This document shows, in pieces, positions 19,113 to 27,245 of a stretch of DNA of 40,359 nucleotides. The translations under genes and the position numbers were made by a program. Origin of the DNA: a virus (lineage: Duplodnaviria; Caudoviricetes); the IMG/VR virus record IMGVR_UViG_3300020045_003500, positions 1-40,359 of that record. One strand, 5' to 3'. Numbering within the stretch: position 1 is the first letter of the stretch; each line of letters opens with the position of its first letter. The notes under the pieces are model-generated. The model ran no database searches. It saw only the letters and a program-made list of their open reading frames with translations, and was not told the DNA's origin.

Positions 19113-19402
19113 CAGTCCTCTACAAAGGCCAATATATCTTCGTCAAATAAGAGAATGTAATCGACCTCATCGTTACTTTTCCCTATACTAATCATTTCGC
19201 CAGCGAAGGCTGCGTACATTACACGATCACCTTTCTTGATGTCTTTTATCCCATCACCAATTGCGATTACCGTACCTATTGCCTTTTGTTCTTTTTCTAC
19301 GCTGTCAGGAGTTATGATCCCGTGTTCAGACACTTTCGGTTCTTTGCCGTCTGGTTCTACTAAAACTTGTTTGCCACGAGGGCGTATCTTTGGTTTTTTC
19401 AT
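19112..19402 (-). CDS. groS: Co-chaperonin GroES
   Basis: IRPRGKQVLV, GIITPDS, GTVIAIG, IKKGDRVMY, EDILA. Confidence 0.93.
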   Translation of the reverse strand: MKKPKIRPRGKQVLVEPDGKEPKVSEHGIITPDSVEKEQKAIGTVIAIGDGIKDIKKGDRVMYAAFAGEMISIGKSNDEVDYILLFDEDILAFVED

Positions 19403-19635
19403 CTTATGTAATAGCTTTTTAATCTCTTTAAGTTATCGAGAACAAGATTAATCTCTTTTTTCCCTACTCCGTTCATCCCTCTCATGTCTTGTAGTAAGGC
19501 CACAAGAGCATCTTGTTTTAACTGTGACGTCATCAACTTCTCAAAGGCAGTAGCAATCTTAATAATTGAAGAAGCTAACACTTCTGGTGTTTCTGGGTTC
19601 TGTTCGTTTTTAATTACTCTGACATTTCTGGCCAT
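19399..19635 (-). CDS. Hypothetical protein
   Basis: 78 aa, ATGA-coupled to groES. Confidence 0.55.
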   Translation of the reverse strand: MARNVRVIKNEQNPETPEVLASSIIKIATAFEKLMTSQLKQDALVALLQDMRGMNGVGKKEINLVLDNLKRLKSYYIR

Positions 19636-19638
19636 AGA

Positions 19639-19959
19639 TTATAGTTCTAACCTGCTAATAAAGTCTTTTATTCGACTTGTTGCATCTTGAACAACTGCTC
19701 TACCTTCTCGTATGGCAGATGGTATTAAAGCTAAGTTTTCTATAGTAACTTCCACATTATCTTTTTCAGGAGAGCTAATTCTCATAGCTGGTTCAAGCCT
19801 TTTACCAAGTTCATCTATCACTAAGGTTAGGCTTGTAACCGATTCTCTTAACGCTGAAATTTCACGACTGGTTTGACCCTCTCCTCGTTCTGTTTTAGTT
19901 TGCAAACTACCCACTAGACCACCTGCACTATATGCCCTCACTTCTGATTCTCCATTCAT
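19639..19959 (-). CDS. Hypothetical helical protein
   Basis: 106 aa in a tight operon. Confidence 0.55.
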   Translation of the reverse strand: MNGESEVRAYSAGGLVGSLQTKTERGEGQTSREISALRESVTSLTLVIDELGKRLEPAMRISSPEKDNVEVTIENLALIPSAIREGRAVVQDATSRIKDFISRLEL

Positions 19960-19963
19960 AGTT

Positions 19964-20209
19964 TTATTGTAATTCGTCTATTGTTGTATTGAGACCTTTC
20001 TTTTTATTTTCTTCGATTATTTCTTCTCTAGCTTCATCGGCTTCATCGGGAGGCATATATACCATTCCTTTCGGTCGTGGTCCTGCATTACTTATCGCAG
20101 TTCCTACCGTTCTAGCCGTGTGAAGAATGGGAGACTTAAAGAATGTAATCGTCACAACAATTAAAGTTGCAACGACTAAGCCTGCGATTAATCCTAGTAT
20201 AAATTCCAT
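19964..20209 (-). CDS. Small single-TM membrane protein
   Basis: FILGLIAGLVVATLIVVTITFF. Confidence 0.6.
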   Translation of the reverse strand: MEFILGLIAGLVVATLIVVTITFFKSPILHTARTVGTAISNAGPRPKGMVYMPPDEADEAREEIIEENKKKGLNTTIDELQ

Positions 20210-20500
20210 TTAAGCTACTTCTAAGTCTGACTTTGGTTTATCGACTTTACTTGGTTTATCACGCTGACTATCATCGTAGTAAACGGGAACAGCTTGAATA
20301 GTACCATTGGGAGCAATTGTTGCTCGTGCCATCAAGCCAATCTTGTGCTTCTCATACAAAGGGATAATTTCGCTCTGAAATACTTTTATCCTTTTCTCAA
20401 AGTCCTCTTTAGCCAACTGACGTTCGGCTATTTTAATGGCTTCTTCTTTTTTAGGATCTACTTCTTCTACAGGTTGAACTGGTACTGGTTTCTCTTTCAT
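20210..20500 (-). CDS. Hypothetical protein
   Basis: 96 aa, ATGA-coupled. Confidence 0.55.
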   Translation of the reverse strand: MKEKPVPVQPVEEVDPKKEEAIKIAERQLAKEDFEKRIKVFQSEIIPLYEKHKIGLMARATIAPNGTIQAVPVYYDDSQRDKPSKVDKPKSDLEVA

Positions 20501-20664
20501 TTGTTATTTACTTTATCTTTCTCGACCTTTTTAGGCCATCTAGCATCTGATCCTCGTTTGCCTATTTCACGCATATGTTGTCTGTTTTTAGAAACAGAAA
20601 GGCCGCCTTTTCTTCCAAGTTGTACAGCAGCAGGATTTTTCTTTTTCTTCGTTAAGTTACTCAT
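20497..20664 (-). CDS. 55-aa KGG-motif basic protein (not in ORF track)
   Basis: MSNLTKKKKNPAAVQLGRKGGLSVSKNRQHMREIGKRGSDARWPKK...; directly after a promoter. Confidence 0.8.
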   Translation of the reverse strand: MSNLTKKKKNPAAVQLGRKGGLSVSKNRQHMREIGKRGSDARWPKKVEKDKVNNK

Positions 20665-20673
20665 ATAGTTCGT

Positions 20674-20717
20674 ATCTTATACCAACCGCTTGGGATAGGC
20701 AAGTGATCTGTGGATAA
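20674..20717 (-). promoter_or_regulatory. Sigma70 promoter with operator and DnaA box
   Basis: TTATCCACA-6 nt-TTGCCT-17 nt-TAAGAT. Confidence 0.7.
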
Positions 20718-21671
20718 TTACAGGTACTCATCCCAAGTGAAACCGTTACCGAAATGGCCCCACATGGCAGTGTCCTCATAAATCGGTTGTCTTAAATCCA
20801 ATTCTCTTATTATCGATTCGGGTCTTAAATCTTCACCAGCAATCACACCTTGTTCTTGGCCGTTAACTATCAATGTAGCTTGTAGCGGTTCTGGTTTCCC
20901 GATCACATAAGCCAGATAACAGTATACTTCTTCAGCATGGAACTGTTTTAAGAATTTAACGGATAGCGCTCGAGCCATATAGGCGCCAGATCTGTCTACT
21001 TTTGTTGGGTCCTTTCCGCTAAATGCACCACCTCCAACTGGTACACGTGATCCGTAGGCATCTACTACAATCTTTCTGCCTGTTAGTCCTGTATCGGCAT
21101 CAAATCCACCGACACTCCAGTCACCAGCTTCGTTTAAGAACATTCGACCACACGATCTGCCTTTGAGCCAATCAAATACTATTTCTTCGAGTAGGAGAGT
21201 GCCGACATTTTGAAAACTAGCCACAATCGCTTGGATTCCGTCATCGTTAACAGTTACCTGAGTTTTGCCGTCATATGGGTATCTCTCGTAGATAAATCTG
21301 CATAAATCTCTTGCAAGTTGATATTCTAATGGCATCAGCTCTGGCGTTTCATTACAAGCGTATCCAACCATTATTCCTTGATCGCCAGCGCCACCCTTAT
21401 CTACGCCTTGAGCAATTTCATTCGATTGTTTTACTAAGTTCACTTGAACTCCGACATTAGGCACAATTCTCTTAACGATTGCTGGGATATCCACGAATGC
21501 ATTAGTCGTTAGTTCTCCTGTTACGGTTACTATGCCGTGGCCTCCCATCGTCTCAACTGCAACCCTACTCATTGGGTCTTGTCTTAAACATTCATCCAGT
21601 ATTGCATCGCTTATGCGGTCACAAATCTTGTCTGGGTGACGAGGCGAAACACTTTCAGCCGTCCTTATCAT
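20718..21671 (-). CDS. metK: S-adenosylmethionine synthetase
   Basis: ESVS..HPDKICD, GAGDQG, DGKTQVT, GLTGRKI..D.YG, GGGAFSGKDPTKVDRS, GHFG. ATG at 21671 overlaps the HNH stop. Confidence 0.96.
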   Translation of the reverse strand: MIRTAESVSPRHPDKICDRISDAILDECLRQDPMSRVAVETMGGHGIVTVTGELTTNAFVDIPAIVKRIVPNVGVQVNLVKQSNEIAQGVDKGGAGDQGIMVGYACNETPELMPLEYQLARDLCRFIYERYPYDGKTQVTVNDDGIQAIVASFQNVGTLLLEEIVFDWLKGRSCGRMFLNEAGDWSVGGFDADTGLTGRKIVVDAYGSRVPVGGGAFSGKDPTKVDRSGAYMARALSVKFLKQFHAEEVYCYLAYVIGKPEPLQATLIVNGQEQGVIAGEDLRPESIIRELDLRQPIYEDTAMWGHFGNGFTWDEYL

Positions 21672-22264
21672 AATAGGTTTTCCCATTTTTTTCTTATTAT
21701 CTGTCCGATAACAGACATTTCTTCTGAATTAAAAATATCTAGTTTAACAAAATTACAAATACCACAAGCCAATACAATGTTGCCTATCTCATATTTACCT
21801 TTCGGCTTTATCCTATCAATAGTAAGCCTCCCCCTCATTTTGCCTTTAGCGAATTTCTTACATAATTCTTCTGGGATCCCACAATACACACATTCTCTAG
21901 TCTGCTTCAGATACCAGTCAATAAACTCTTGTTGAGATATTGAAATATTTTCTAAACCACGTTTTACTAAACTACGATAGATGCCCTTAGGAGATTTTAT
22001 ATACAATTGCATTTTCTCTTTTACCTTCTCGGGGTTTCTAGCTATCCAATTTCTTTGATAACCTCTACTTCTTTCTCTGTTAGCAATAACATTTTCTCTA
22101 GTTCTCTTATAAGTGCAATCTTTACACACAGTCATCTTTCTGTCCTTATTAACTCTCGGATTTGCAAAAACTCTACCCGTATTAAAGAAGTTATCAAGCG
22201 ACTTGCCCTTAAGACACTTTGAGCAAACTTTCATTGGCGTTACAAATTCCGCAGTTCTAATCAT
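21668..22264 (-). CDS. HNH (homing-type) endonuclease with MetK-like first ~10 residues
   Basis: KVCSKC..CKDC zinc finger; CVYCG, LTIDRI..GKYEIGNIVLACGICNFVK. Confidence 0.85.
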   Translation of the reverse strand: MIRTAEFVTPMKVCSKCLKGKSLDNFFNTGRVFANPRVNKDRKMTVCKDCTYKRTRENVIANRERSRGYQRNWIARNPEKVKEKMQLYIKSPKGIYRSLVKRGLENISISQQEFIDWYLKQTRECVYCGIPEELCKKFAKGKMRGRLTIDRIKPKGKYEIGNIVLACGICNFVKLDIFNSEEMSVIGQIIRKKWENLL

Positions 22265-22397
22265 TTTTATTATTATACTCCATCTTCCAATCTATTTGTA
22301 GAGTTTGTCTTGATAGTTCTTTTAATTGAGGGCGGTATTCAATCATTCTTTTTCTTTTATATCTACCCAGCTGTTTTCTTTGTTAGTGTCTTTCATT

Positions 22398-22640
22398 TTA
22401 GTCATCGCTAAATGGGTTTTTATTCTTTTCTTCTTTCCAAATTTCTTTTAAGAGCTTAAATGCTTCAGCGGTTTCTTCTTCACTTAAATAAAATCCAATT
22501 CCCTCATCACCATCAGTTATGATGTAAAGTCGCCCATAATTTGAATTGCCTAAACAAATCTTAACTTTCGCTTCGTCATAATCTGGGACTTCCGCCCAAA
22601 CCTCTTCGTGTTTCTTAACTTGTTTCTTATATATCTTCAT
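22398..22640 (-). CDS. Hypothetical protein
   Basis: 80 aa, ATGA-coupled. Confidence 0.5.
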   Translation of the reverse strand: MKIYKKQVKKHEEVWAEVPDYDEAKVKICLGNSNYGRLYIITDGDEGIGFYLSEEETAEAFKLLKEIWKEEKNKNPFSDD

Positions 22641-22813
22641 TTCTTAGTGAGTTTCTTTGATTTGTTGGATAGGGGAGTGAGATAATCTATTATTTCGTTT
22701 ATTTTATCCACAATTTCCTGTTTACTAACGCTTTCGTAGTCAAGGTAAGGAATGTCGTGTTGTTCGGCATATAATGGCTCTACTACTATTTTCTCTATCT
22801 TTTTAGTTTTCAT
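22637..22813 (-). CDS. 58-aa hypothetical protein (not in ORF track)
   Basis: MKTKKIEKIVVEP...IVDKINEIIDYL...; ATGA overlaps at both ends. Confidence 0.55.
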   Translation of the reverse strand: MKTKKIEKIVVEPLYAEQHDIPYLDYESVSKQEIVDKINEIIDYLTPLSNKSKKLTKK

Positions 22814-23022
22814 TGGTTAGTCATCTGTTTAATAATCAAGTCTATACTTTTAACCGTCTTGGTTTGATTTTGGATTACGCTGTCATTAAACTTAATTTGC
22901 TCTTCTAAAACACCCCTCACTCCCCTATCTACACTTATCACCTTAAAAACTGCCCACGCTGAAGTAAAAGCTGACAGTGAAGCTAAAATTGACACCGCTA
23001 GTAATAATTTATATATTTTCAT
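22810..23022 (-). CDS. Small membrane protein
   Basis: N-terminal hydrophobic helix. Confidence 0.5.
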   Translation of the reverse strand: MKIYKLLLAVSILASLSAFTSAWAVFKVISVDRGVRGVLEEQIKFNDSVIQNQTKTVKSIDLIIKQMTNQ

Positions 23023-23072
23023 TGTTTCTTTTTCTTACCTTTTCTTTTTAGAGACATTAGTTTTTTAAGTTC

Positions 23073-23243
23073 TTATCTAGTTCCTTCGTTCATATTAGCC
23101 ATTAAAATGCTGGCATCTTGCATATCGACTGTTCCATCTCTATTCAAATCATAGTTAGGATCTACAGGTTTGTTGTTAAGCCATAGGTGAATAAATAAGG
23201 CTAAGGCTATTAAGGTTAAAGTTGCAAAGAATACTTTTATCAT
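23073..23243 (-). CDS. 56-aa TM microprotein with one dockerin/EF-hand-like repeat (not in ORF track)
   Basis: MIKVFFATLTLIALALFIHLWL...YDLNRDGTVDMQDASILMAN. Confidence 0.7.
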   Translation of the reverse strand: MIKVFFATLTLIALALFIHLWLNNKPVDPNYDLNRDGTVDMQDASILMANMNEGTR

Positions 23244-23716
23244 TTTTTTGTTGTTAGCGGATCTAGGCCAAAGTTCTCTGTTGGCGGCGCCTCGATCCCT
23301 GTTAGGTTTTGTATGTTCATGATGTAATCACAGAACTCTCCGACTCCAAGCTCCGTTGTACTGCGTTTCATTCTTACTTTCTCGCCAAGGACTTCGACCA
23401 CTCCTTGTGTTAAGAATTTTCCCTTAAATAGTTCATGCAGCCTGTCCAAGTCTGGCTCTCCTGTTTCGTAAGCGATTAATGGGAGATACACCCCCCAGTA
23501 ATAGTTATTTTGAGCGATCGTGCGTTTGGGTTTGCGGTTATTAAGAACGATATTTATCTGTTCGCCTGGCTTAAACTTGTTAATTTGATGTTGATACCAG
23601 CGTTTGTTGTTGATAGTAAGCTTGTTAGCCACGCCATCTGGTTCTCTGGTAATCGTTGCCGAGAAGCTCTGGCTATAAGTTACCTCCTGCGATTTTTTCT
23701 TCTGGTTGTTCATCAT
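23240..23716 (-). CDS. NinB/Orf-like recombination protein
   Basis: RTIAQNNYYW...LHELFK..FL...STTELGVGEF..Y. Confidence 0.7.
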   Translation of the reverse strand: MMNNQKKKSQEVTYSQSFSATITREPDGVANKLTINNKRWYQHQINKFKPGEQINIVLNNRKPKRTIAQNNYYWGVYLPLIAYETGEPDLDRLHELFKGKFLTQGVVEVLGEKVRMKRSTTELGVGEFCDYIMNIQNLTGIEAPPTENFGLDPLTTKK

Positions 23717-23894
23717 TTTCTGATCCCTGACTCATTAGAATCGTTACCAAGTTTTCTTTGGCATTCCTGATATCCTCGTTAGCATCACCAACAGTTTTAG
23801 GACTCATACCTGGTACGTACCTTTCCACTTCAGCCTTTATCAAATTCTCGAACGCATCTACAAACTGTCTTGTGCTTTTTTCTATTTCATCCAT
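23673..23894 (-). CDS. Hypothetical protein
   Basis: MDEIEK start; the track's TTG start at 23939 is the -35 box. Confidence 0.55.
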   Translation of the reverse strand: MDEIEKSTRQFVDAFENLIKAEVERYVPGMSPKTVGDANEDIRNAKENLVTILMSQGSENDEQPEEKIAGGNL

Positions 23895-23910
23895 GTTTTT
23901 GTTTCTTTTT

Positions 23911-23954
23911 ATTATAGCGAACGCTCGGTATCGTGTCAACTAAGCTGTGGATAA
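23911..23954 (-). promoter_or_regulatory. Consensus sigma70 promoter with operator and DnaA box
   Basis: TTATCCACA-6 nt-TTGACA-17 nt-TATAAT. Confidence 0.88.
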
Positions 23955-24383
23955 CTCCTTGATCTCTTGTTTTAGCGCCATTTCAATTTTACTCCACTCA
24001 TACACGCCCATTGGGTGCGGTTTTCTGTCGGCAATAACTCGTTGTAGCAAAGCCCATCTTTCTTCGCCTATCTTCTGTCGGATCAGCTCGTAATAAACCA
24101 ACGGCTCGCGTTTCTTGAAGTAGAAATGGTGATTTAGACACAAACACACAACCAGTCTTGAATCCCCGTATGAGATACTGTGAGCTCGAGAGTTTAAGTG
24201 TTCCGCTTGCAGTATAAGTTCACCATCGTTCCTGTATCCACCACAAGCGCCAGCACGAAAGTCATCGCGTAGAATGCATCCTCCATCCCTTAAAATCACT
24301 AACTGTCTGAGTGATGCCTGTATGCGGTCTTTCATTATCGCAGACGGACTGGATCCCTTTTGTTTCATTCTACTTTTCTTCAT
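23940..24383 (-). CDS. NinG/Rap-like HNH nuclease
   Basis: VILRDGGC...LQAEHL.SR...CLCLNHH; start moved to MKKSR because the tRNA occupies the upstream part. Confidence 0.65.
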   Translation of the reverse strand: MKKSRMKQKGSSPSAIMKDRIQASLRQLVILRDGGCILRDDFRAGACGGYRNDGELILQAEHLNSRAHSISYGDSRLVVCLCLNHHFYFKKREPLVYYELIRQKIGEERWALLQRVIADRKPHPMGVYEWSKIEMALKQEIKELSTA

Positions 24384-24395
24384 AAATTTTATTAG

Positions 24396-24467
24396 TGGGA
24401 TAGGGAGGGATCGAACCTCCTCCGTTGGTTTCACAAACCAGAGTGCTATCCGTTACACCACTACCCC
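24396..24467 (-). tRNA. tRNA-His (GTG), atypical: no G-1, A73, no encoded CCA
   Basis: GGGGTAG/CTATCCC acceptor, GTGT/GCAC D stem, loop TTGTGAA, GGAGG-TTCGATC-CCTCC T arm; 72 nt. Confidence 0.88.
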
Positions 24468-24471
24468 GTGG

Positions 24472-25353
24472 TTAGAATTCTAACCCTTCACCTACATCGA
24501 CCACCTGTAACCCTTGCTCGCGCCACATACGAATCACACTTGGGCGATCATCAATTACTTCTACAATCCAACTCTTATTTCTGAAATGCGATCGGAGGAT
24601 ATCAGCTTTAACTTGGTCGTCTGGTCGTTTATCATCGGCACGCCTCATAAACAGCGCTTCATAAGGTATTACTCCTTTGAATGCTTTATCGATCCATATT
24701 TTTGTTTGCTCTCTGTAAGTATCTGGTCGACCAGTAACTATGAAAATCTTACGGCCCTTATCCACATGACTCAAAAGTAAATCAATCACTTTCACGTTCA
24801 CTTCGTCAGCTGGCGCTGCAGCAAAGAACCCTTTCCAATCTTTCTTCTGACCTTCGGGGACTTTAACAAAGTGAAGGCGGTGATCGATGTTCGCAAGCGT
24901 TCCGTCTATATCACAAATCACTACTCCTTGCTCTGGAGTAGGGTATAAACCACTTTGCATGGCCATTCCGACTATCACACTCTCACCAACGCGGTCATCG
25001 CCACGCACAGCATCCCTCGCAAGACATTCTTCCATTGTAGTTGGCATTTTATAGACTTGAGTTTTTGCGTTCATTTCTTTCCCTAAATCTACCCAACTCT
25101 GCAACGTTCTTGGATTTAAGTTAGTGTCATCGATTATCACATTCACATCATCCGCCAAAAATCCTTTAGCAAGCATCCTTGCAGCCGATCGGGTAATATC
25201 TTCATTGCGACCACTCCACTTATCGAAGTGCAACATGGTACGAAGTAAATCTTTGTTGATTCTTACTCCGTTACCCATCTTTTTTAACATCGCTGCTGCT
25301 TCTGTGGATTTACCCGATGCTGGCAAACCTTGCATTATTACAATTTTACTCAT
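24472..25353 (-). CDS. Polynucleotide 5'-kinase/3'-phosphatase (T4 PseT-like)
   Basis: GLPASGKST P-loop, IIDDTN, DIDGT HAD motif, TGR, DDRPSV. Confidence 0.93.
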   Translation of the reverse strand: MSKIVIMQGLPASGKSTEAAAMLKKMGNGVRINKDLLRTMLHFDKWSGRNEDITRSAARMLAKGFLADDVNVIIDDTNLNPRTLQSWVDLGKEMNAKTQVYKMPTTMEECLARDAVRGDDRVGESVIVGMAMQSGLYPTPEQGVVICDIDGTLANIDHRLHFVKVPEGQKKDWKGFFAAAPADEVNVKVIDLLLSHVDKGRKIFIVTGRPDTYREQTKIWIDKAFKGVIPYEALFMRRADDKRPDDQVKADILRSHFRNKSWIVEVIDDRPSVIRMWREQGLQVVDVGEGLEF

Positions 25354-26444
25354 GAATCTATATCGTTTTTGAATCCACTCTGACCTTTAGGACGAATGAT
25401 GCGCCATATCGCCAAACTAGGATTTTTGTCATCGAGTATTGAAAACGCCACGCCCGTGTACCTAGTCATTTTCTTAATTATTTCAGCTTGGTCTTTTCTG
25501 TTATCTGTTACACCTTGAGCCGTGTAGTAAGCCCTGAACGCATCATCGTATATGGAAATATATTGTTCCTTCAATTTTTCTTGCACAGACCTTACCCAAT
25601 TAAAGAATTCGTCAGGAACTTTATTAAGTAAATCGTTTAAGTCTTTGCCGTCACGCAAGTGTTCCCAGATCGCAATTTCTGACACTCCAGTTACAAGTTT
25701 GTGAAGTCGCACGTATTCAGGAAACTTTATCTTCATCCTTACATTTTCTTTGGGATAGTAAATAACAAACCCTTCACTATTTGGTTCATCCATCTTACAT
25801 AAGAGGTCAATATCCGTTACAGGAATTTCTCTGGCTTCTCGAATCGGTTCTGGCATTAACATTAAACTTCCAATAGAGTTGCCACTCTGAATTTCTATCG
25901 AATCTAAATGAACAAGCCCAGAAAAGTCGTAATTAACCACGATTCTATTCTCTGGATATATTATCTCAAACAAGTGAGTAATGTTCTTATCAATGCCGTA
26001 AGGGATATCATGCATACGCACATTGGTTTCTAACCACTTCGTAGCCCATAACGCCTGATCGGATGTAAAAGAGCCTCTGGTAGCAATTTGAGTGCGCCCG
26101 TTGAGGGTATACATGATACCGAGTGAACCATCCAATTTTTGAGTTACTAACGGATGACCCTTTGGTATCTCAATGCCTTTCGTGATCCACTCCCCATAGT
26201 TAAAGAATTTAGGGAATGGTCGCGCTAGTATCTCGCCTGTTTCAACGTTTAAGATTAAGCCACGGCATTGGGTAGTTACTTTATCCCAAGCATGAGAGAA
26301 CTGACAGAGCTGCGTGTAGTTAAAAATCCGCACATTTGGATCTTCTGGATGGGATTGTTCCGAGATTAACTTTTTTTCGATGTACGGAAGTATCTCTGCG
26401 TAACTTGGCACCTCTTTGAACACTTTAACTTCACCGTTTATCAT
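25350..26444 (-). CDS. RNA ligase (T4 Rnl1-like)
   Basis: CRGLI, ARPFPKFFN, KLDGSL (motif I), ATRGSF, FEII, EGFVI, KIK. Confidence 0.92.
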   Translation of the reverse strand: MINGEVKVFKEVPSYAEILPYIEKKLISEQSHPEDPNVRIFNYTQLCQFSHAWDKVTTQCRGLILNVETGEILARPFPKFFNYGEWITKGIEIPKGHPLVTQKLDGSLGIMYTLNGRTQIATRGSFTSDQALWATKWLETNVRMHDIPYGIDKNITHLFEIIYPENRIVVNYDFSGLVHLDSIEIQSGNSIGSLMLMPEPIREAREIPVTDIDLLCKMDEPNSEGFVIYYPKENVRMKIKFPEYVRLHKLVTGVSEIAIWEHLRDGKDLNDLLNKVPDEFFNWVRSVQEKLKEQYISIYDDAFRAYYTAQGVTDNRKDQAEIIKKMTRYTGVAFSILDDKNPSLAIWRIIRPKGQSGFKNDIDS

Positions 26445-26710
26445 CGTGGTACTTTTACTCTATTCTCATCGTAAAACGACCCGACTGGTTTCCAGAATTT
26501 ATACAACATTTCATCATAAGAAACAGACTGAAAGTAATCGTAAGGTTCTTGCCAGTTAAAACCATTTTTCATTAACCATTTTGCTTTTTCAGAAGCCATG
26601 TCCAAGATTCTACGTCTTTCTTCTGCCACCCAGTTATTTCTTAACATCAGAAATAAACAAAGTGCTTGTATACAAAGAAAAAATGAAATTAGTAAGTAAT
26701 TGTAATTCAT
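26441..26710 (-). CDS. Small membrane protein
   Basis: MNYNYLLISFFLCIQALCLFLML; ATGA-coupled. Confidence 0.55.
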   Translation of the reverse strand: MNYNYLLISFFLCIQALCLFLMLRNNWVAEERRRILDMASEKAKWLMKNGFNWQEPYDYFQSVSYDEMLYKFWKPVGSFYDENRVKVPR

Positions 26711-26928
26711 AGCTCTGTAATCTTGTACTGACTTCCTGTTAGCCAAGCAATGATTTCGACTATATCGTCTTTGGCTATTTTTTCTTTCCAGACTTCATCG
26801 TTCGGATCGGACATAATCTGGGTAGCGAATTCTCTAAGTTGCGCTTCGTTTATTGGATTATCTGGAGGCATGATCGTTCCGATCGGGGCCTCGATTTTAT
26901 AAAGTTTTTGTTGTGTTTCGTTATTCAT
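26707..26928 (-). CDS. Hypothetical protein
   Basis: 73 aa. Confidence 0.55.
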   Translation of the reverse strand: MNNETQQKLYKIEAPIGTIMPPDNPINEAQLREFATQIMSDPNDEVWKEKIAKDDIVEIIAWLTGSQYKITEL

Positions 26929-27079
26929 CGATTTTTTTTAATCTTCTAAGTTTGCGACCTGATAGTTCTGTTTGGCTGATTCCGCATTTAGTGCATTCAG
27001 CTCCTGGTATCGGGAAGTTATGACCAAACCTCTGGTTGTAACAATCTGCATCTTTTTTTAACTGTTCTCTGTCTAACAT
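26921..27079 (-). CDS. 52-aa zinc-ribbon microprotein (not in ORF track)
   Basis: MLDREQLKKDADCYNQRFGHNFPIPGAECTKCG... Confidence 0.55.
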   Translation of the reverse strand: MLDREQLKKDADCYNQRFGHNFPIPGAECTKCGISQTELSGRKLRRLKKIDE

Positions 27080-27245
27080 ATTATCTTTAGTTACTTTAAT
27101 AACGTTAGTGGTAATATTATCTATTGTTGTTGTTGTACCTGTGGATAACTCGGGTCATTTCCTGAAAATTCTCTATTCTATTGGGGTTTTCGAGTGTTTT
27201 ACTTGTGGATGAACTGTGGATAACCTGTTAGTTACCTGTGGACTT
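27080..27245. other. Putative DnaA-dependent replication origin (oriC-like)
   Basis: Four co-oriented boxes (two degenerate) at 11-bp pitch (27237, 27226, 27215, 27204); perfect box at 27140 followed by GG, a trinucleotide run and an AT-rich tract. Confidence 0.75.

Noticed and set aside
21668-22264. Intein or group I intron in metK
   Set aside because: The HNH ORF ends in a stop with no intein termini, there is no non-coding space for an intron core, and metK has its own complete N-terminus.
22704-22712. Additional DnaA boxes at 22704 and 31856
   Set aside because: Opposite orientation, inside coding sequence, no adjacent -10; likely chance.
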